The position numbers and the translations under genes are program-made. Positions 59,077-64,000 of a DNA stretch of 64,000 bases are shown here, piece by piece; positions within the stretch are counted from its first letter, which is position 1, and each line of letters opens with the position of its first letter. Source of the stretch: Heteronotia binoei (Eukaryota); the NCBI RefSeq assembly GCF_032191835.1, contig NC_083230.1:130758001-130822000 (forward strand). Direction: 5' to 3'. Below the pieces are notes generated by a model. That model ran no database searches. It was not told the origin of the DNA and worked only from the letters and a program-made list of their open reading frames with translations.

Positions 59077-60139
59077 TAAGAGTTGAGGAGTCACCTGTAA
59101 GATGGGAGGGGGGGAACAAGTGAAAGAAGACCTCTTGGCATGGCAAGCATATTTGAGATGCCTCTAGGCAGCTTGAAGTTCACAGTAATGTGGAAGATGT
59201 AGGGTCCTCGGGAGGGGTCATTTTGTAGAAAAATAGGTGATGGAGCTCATCCAGAGATTGTTATGCAGCTGCACCTACTATTCAATGGACAAGGAGGTGG
59301 AACTCTCAGAAGGAGGAGGTGGAATTCTCAGAAAGGTTCAGGAGCTGTGCTCCTGTTAGCTTCCACTGAATCTGAGGCCTGGTCCTTGGAATAGTGTCCC
59401 CCTGTGAGCCAGGAGCCGTGGTCTCCCAAAGATCCCCCATAACTACCCACTTTGGACTGTCCGCTATGGGTGGTCATCTGCAGTGGACTGCATTTCAAGT
59501 TCTAGCACTTAGCCAAATATTGCTAGGAATGGGGACTTTCATCCCAGAGACTAACACAGAGCCATGCATGAGACTCTGAATGCACATTTGAAATACACAG
59601 TAGCAGGCAGGAAGGCTACATTCCCAGTCACCCCCTCCAACTGACTAGGCTTCCCCACACTAAGAGGAAAACCCGGAGGCTGGGGGAAAAACCATTTTCC
59701 AAATGGAGGGTGGAAGAAGGACAACACAGTTCCTTCTTGGCCAGCATTACAAGATTCTGCATGGGATAGAAAAGGTAGAGAAAAAAGTACTTTTCTCCCT
59801 TTCTCACAATATGAGAACTTGTGGGCACTCCGTGAAATTGCTGAGCAGTCGGGTTAGAAAGGACAATAGGAAGTCCTTCTTCACTCAAAGGGTGATTAAC
59901 ACATATAATTCACTGTCACAGGAGGTGGTGGTGGCTTCAAGCACAGACAGCTTCAAGAGAGGATCGGAGAAGCATATGGAGCAGAGGTCCATCAGTGGCT
60001 ATTAGCCACAGCGTATTGTTGGAACTCTCTGTCTGGGGCAGTGATAGTTTGTATTCTTGGTGTTTGGGGTGTGGCACAGTGGAAGGGCTTCTAGCCCCAC
60101 TAGTGGACCTTCTGATGGTGCTTGGGTTTTTTGGCCACG

Positions 60140-60750
60140 GTGTGACACAGAGTGTTGGACTGGATGGGCCATTGTCCTGATCCAACATGGCTTCTCTTAT
60201 GCTCTTATGTGACAGAGAGTGTTGGACTGGATGTGCCATTGGACTTATCCAACATGGCTTCTCTTATGTTCTTATGTGACACAGAGTGTTGGACTGGATG
60301 GGCCACTGGCCTGATCCAACATGGCTTCTCTTATGTTCTTATGTGACACAGAGTGTTGGACTGGATGGGCCACTGGCCTGATCCAACATGGCTTCTCTTA
60401 TGTTCTTATGTGACACAGAGTGTTGGACTGGATGGGCCACTGGCCTGATCCAACATGGCTTCTCTTATGTTCTTATGTGACACAGAGTGTTGGACTGGAT
60501 GGGCCACTGGCCTGATCCAACATGGCTTCTCTTATGCTCTTATGTGACAGAGAGTGTTGGACTGGATGGGCCACTGGCCTGATCCAACATGGCTTCTCTT
60601 ATGCTCTTATGTGACAGAGAGTGTAGGACTGAATGGGCCACTGGCCTGATCCAACATGGCTTCTCTTATGCTCTTATGTGACAGAGAGTGTTGGACTGGA
60701 TGTGCCATTGGACTGATCCAACATGGCTTCTCTGATGTTCTTATGTTCTT
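60140..60750 (+). repeat. Tandem array of the CR1 3'-terminal 67-bp unit (~9 copies)
   Basis: GGCCACTGG recurs at 60301, 60368, 60435, 60502, 60569 and 60636 (period 67). Confidence 0.93.
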
Positions 60751-61091
60751 AGTACTGCAAAGCAGCCACAACACGTTCGCAGCTGCAACCACGCCTCTGC
60801 CTACAGACTACTGCTGGCTCAGATGAAAGGAGGCTGCACCAACGGAGCCAGGGACTCATCAACAAGTCAATACCCAACATCGAGACTAGCTGCCGACTGG
60901 CCACACCCATTGTTTTCCCTTCCCTCCTTTTTGTTCTGCTAAAGTTCCCTAGAGGTGTCACAGGCAGTTAGTTTCTGAACTCCAAATTGTCACGTGGTAA
61001 CAGAATCCCGGCCTTCATTGGTCCTCAGTGGGAACCAATCAACAGGGCTAAGATCAAATGTTCACTCCAATGAGGGCTACTGCCCAGTGGT

Positions 61092-61528
61092 TGTCAAGTC
61101 TGATGTTTCAATAACGAGACCTTCTTGATAAAGGAAGTTTCTAGCTTATTGTAACATGTTGCAAGACTGTAGAAGCAGATTGAGAGACTGGCGAGCATGC
61201 ACAAAGAGCAAACATTTAAGGTACACATCAAAGGGATTCCTGTGGGTGGAGACACTCTATGCAGGGTACATTCACACATTGTTATTATTTTATCGTTCTC
61301 AAGCACCGGCTGGCCTTGAAGTGCTTTCTTAGCACCGGCTATCTCTGAGAAGGCACCACAATCTTGTTCCCATATTACCATTTCCAAGCGTTGCTAAATA
61401 ACAAAGGATGGGAGGGGGGGAGGAAAGTCCTGGCTAGCAGCATCTGAATACAGAATGGTTTTACCCAGGATCCTTTTCCTGAACCAAAGTTACAGCTGAA
61501 TTGCTCAGACATTATAGCAGACTTTACA
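61092..61528 (-). repeat. Gypsy 3' LTR (437 bp)
   Basis: TGTCA...TTACA with the adjacent PPT GGAGGGGGCTTAGGGGGGGCAGTA. It interrupts CAGTGGT|CACTG, which is intact at ~50951, ~35201 and ~28460. Confidence 0.88.
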
Positions 61529-61539
61529 TACTGCCCCCC

Positions 61540-62780
61540 CTAAGCCCCCTCCACCGCAGGGGGGAGGAGTTTGGTTGTTTTACACTCCAGGGCGGCTGAT
61601 GCGGTGCAGCAGCGGTCGACCATGGCAGGGTTGGGCCCCATGGGTGGAGGGTGCCAACTGGACGGCCTGGGGTCCCGACGAATCAAACTGCAATGAAACA
61701 CAGGGTGGATTTTACCCAGGGAGGCCAGCAGGTCTAACTCCACAGTCACAGGGTTAATCACTCTCTTGATTCTGAATGGTCCCACAAACTTGTAAGCCAG
61801 TTTCCGGGAGGGCTGGCTGAGGGGAAGGTTTTTGGTTGATAGATACACTGAATCCCCCACCTTATACTCTCCCGCCAGGGTGTGGGATTTATCGTATTGC
61901 CTCTTGTAGGATTCCTTGGCTGCCTCCAGATTTTCTTTTATGACCAGCCAGTTGTTGCTACCCCCCCCCATTGTTCAAAAGCTGTCTTTGCTTTTGAACA
62001 ATGCTGCCCCCACCAGGCAGTAACGGGAAAGGCTTCCCTTCATAACCAAAGACTGTGGAGAAGGGGGAAGCTTTGGTGGAACTTTGCATGCTATTGTTGT
62101 AGCAGTACTCGGCAAAGGGGAGCAAGTCCACCCAGTCTGATTGTCGTTGATTTATAAAGCATCTTAAGTACTGCTCCAGCACCCCGTTTACCCTCTCCGT
62201 CTGGCCGTCCGTCTGGGGGTGATAGGCGGAACTCAGAGTCTGCTCCATCCCCACCAACTTGCAAAACTCCCGCCAGAAGGTGGCAACGAACTGCGGCCCG
62301 CGGTCGCTAATGACCTTATCTGGGAATGAGTGTAATTTTATCACGTGGTCAAAGAACAGGGCCGCTAGTTTCTTAGCTGTGGGCAGCTGGGCGCAGGGGA
62401 TGAAGTGGGCTTGCTTGGAAAATGTGTCCACTACCACTAAGATGACCGTTTTGCCTCGGGAGGGGGGTAACTCCACTATAAAGTCCATGGAAACTATCGC
62501 CCAGGGCCGTTTGGCTGTCTCGAGGGGTTGTAAGAGCCCTGGCGGCTCCCCCCCCCCGCGCCGCTTGGCCATTATGCACATTGGACAACCTGTAACAAAT
62601 TCGGACACATTTTTACACAGGGAGGGCCACCAGAACTGGCGGTTCACTAAGTGCAATGTCTTTACATAGCCGAAGTGCCCCGCCAGTTTGGATGAGTGGC
62701 AGAGCTGCAATATCTCCCTCCTCAGACAGTTTGGAATGTACAGTTTGCTTCCTTTGTACCACAGCCCGTCCTTTCCCTTC
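61540..62780 (-). pseudogene. Gypsy integrase and GPF domain (one frameshift near 61965)
   Basis: ORFs 61958-62710 and 61540-61971 overlap in different frames. Confidence 0.88.
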
Positions 62781-62786
62781 TGTAAT

Positions 62787-62965
62787 GTAATGTAATGTAA
62801 TGTAAAATTTTATTTGTATCCCGCCCTCCCCCACCGGAGCAGGCTCAGGGCGGCTAACAACATTTAAAAGTGAAGCAGTACAATAATAAAACATTCAGTT
62901 CACATTAAAACCAACCAATCAATAATCAAAACATTCCTAAAACTAACATTGGCGGTAAACATTAT
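62787..62965 (-). mobile_element. L2-type 3' tail inserted into Gypsy pol
   Basis: (TGTAA)n plus TTTGTATCCCGCCCTCCCC...GGGCGGC. Removing it restores GAAKLQKGKDGLWYKG; apparent TAAT TSD. Confidence 0.8.
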
Positions 62966-64000
62966 TAATTTAGCAGCACCCCCTCGGGTCGCTCCTTCCC
63001 CTCCCTTTCGGTTTCCAAGGCGATGCGCTCTCGGCTAATTCCGTCCAGCTCTCGTTTCTTTTGGGAGCGGGTGGTGACCATGGCGGCCACTTGGGACGGG
63101 GAGATTAACGAGTCCACCACCTCCTCCCTCTGGCTCTTGTGCTGCGGGAGCCTCGAGAGCGCATCGGCCAAGAAATTCTTCGTCCCGGGGATGTGCTTTA
63201 GGGTGAAGTCGAATTTGGAGAAAAACCCGGCCCACCTGATTTGTTTTTCGCTCAATTTGCGCTTGCCAGTCAGCGCTTCCAGATTTTTATGGTCAGTCCA
63301 CACTTCGAAGGGAAGCCTCACCCCCTCCAGCCAAGATCTCCAGGTTTTCAGAGCGAACATGATGGCAAAAGCCTCCTTGTCCCAAACTGACCAGTTGCGT
63401 TGTTCGTCTGAAAACTTTCGGGAAATGAAGGCACAGGGTCGCAGTTTCCCCTCCCCATCCCTCTGCATGAGTATTGCTCCTACGGCCACATCGGAAGCGT
63501 CGCACTGGGCCATGAAGGCCCTCTGCTCATCCAAGTGGATTAGGACAGGCTCACTCGTGAACAGGCGCTTCAGGTGATCGAACGCGTTCTGGCACTCGGG
63601 CGTCCATTTTAGCCCGGCCCCTGGCCGTTTGGCCTCCAGACCCTTGCCTTTGGTCTTTAGGAGATCTGTCAAGGGCAGGGCGATCTGGGCGAACCCCTCT
63701 ATGAATTGTCTGTAAAAATTTGCGAACCTGAAGAACGATTGGAGGTGTCTACGTGTCCTCGAGGGAGCCCATTCTAGCACTGCTTGGACCTTTGCTGGGT
63801 CCATGGCCAGGCCGCGTTCGGACACCCTAAACCCCAGGTAATCTAGCTCCGTTTGATGGAACTCACATTTGGACAGTTTGGCATACAGCTGGTGTTCCAG
63901 CAGGGTGCTGAGAACCTCCCTCACCAATTTTACATGCGACTGCTCGTCTTGTGAATAAATAATGATGTCATCCAGGTACACCACCACCCCCTTGTACAGA
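62965..64000 (-). CDS. Gypsy pol RT/RNase H segment (open for at least 340 aa)
   Basis: ORF 62965-63987 carries the YLDD and RNase H motifs. Confidence 0.9.
   Translation of the reverse strand, partial: LYKGVVVYLDDIIIYSQDEQSHVKLVREVLSTLLEHQLYAKLSKCEFHQTELDYLGFRVSERGLAMDPAKVQAVLEWAPSRTRRHLQSFFRFANFYRQFIEGFAQIALPLTDLLKTKGKGLEAKRPGAGLKWTPECQNAFDHLKRLFTSEPVLIHLDEQRAFMAQCDASDVAVGAILMQRDGEGKLRPCAFISRKFSDEQRNWSVWDKEAFAIMFALKTWRSWLEGVRLPFEVWTDHKNLEALTGKRKLSEKQIRWAGFFSKFDFTLKHIPGTKNFLADALSRLPQHKSQREEVVDSLISPSQVAAMVTTRSQKKRELDGISRERIALETEREGKERPEGVLLN

Larger units (their letters stand above)
61092..64000 (-). mobile_element. Ty3/Gypsy LTR retrotransposon (continues beyond the window)
   Basis: Domain order RT-RNase H-IN: YLDDIIIYS, CDASDVAVGAIL, WTDHKNL, ADALSR, HCHSSKLAGHFG...C..C, SMDFI, SDRGPQF, YHPQTDGQTER, VGPF. 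Confidence 0.96.

Noticed and set aside
60140-60750. CRISPR-like array of 67-bp repeats
   Set aside because: There are no unique spacers, the unit is the CR1 3' end, the context is vertebrate and no cas genes are present.
61540-61700. Chromodomain at the end of the Gypsy integrase
   Set aside because: After the GPF and HPVFH motifs the frame runs into low-complexity sequence with no chromodomain residues before the PPT.

Overview
This is eukaryotic DNA, almost certainly from a gecko (inferred from the squamate repeat content: Sauria SINE, BovB, MIR-derived and other tRNA SINEs, CR1 with a (CTTATGTT)n tail). It is not prokaryotic and contains no CRISPR array. The window is part of a tandem class II olfactory receptor (OR) cluster. 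Four intact minus-strand ORs (OR5V1-like by resemblance) lie at 9476-10453, 31474-32430, 48458-49414 and 58120-59076, and a truncated, nonsense-bearing OR fragment lies on the plus strand near 20.2 kb. The ORs sit in roughly 8-10 kb segmental duplication units; one unit (~20.2-30.5 kb) is inverted and has templated fragments at its junction. The units carry many TEs: young CR1 LINEs, L2, L1, BovB, SINEs, hAT and Harbinger-type MITEs, Penelope-like (PLE) termini with hammerhead-ribozyme motifs, a 7.47 kb class I ERV (Leu PBS, ~99% identical LTRs, decayed interior), two solo-LTR families and a young Gypsy element running off the right edge. The most interesting observations are the PLE minimal hammerhead motifs, a TATA box plus splice donor recurring in every unit (a probable OR 5' non-coding exon), mosaic OR paralogs, satellites built from CR1 3' hairpins and from SINE B-boxes, and a CR1-derived in-frame hydrophobic leader on OR1. 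I found no wholly new multi-gene system that I can support. All alignments were done by eye, so TE boundaries without a stated TSD are approximate.
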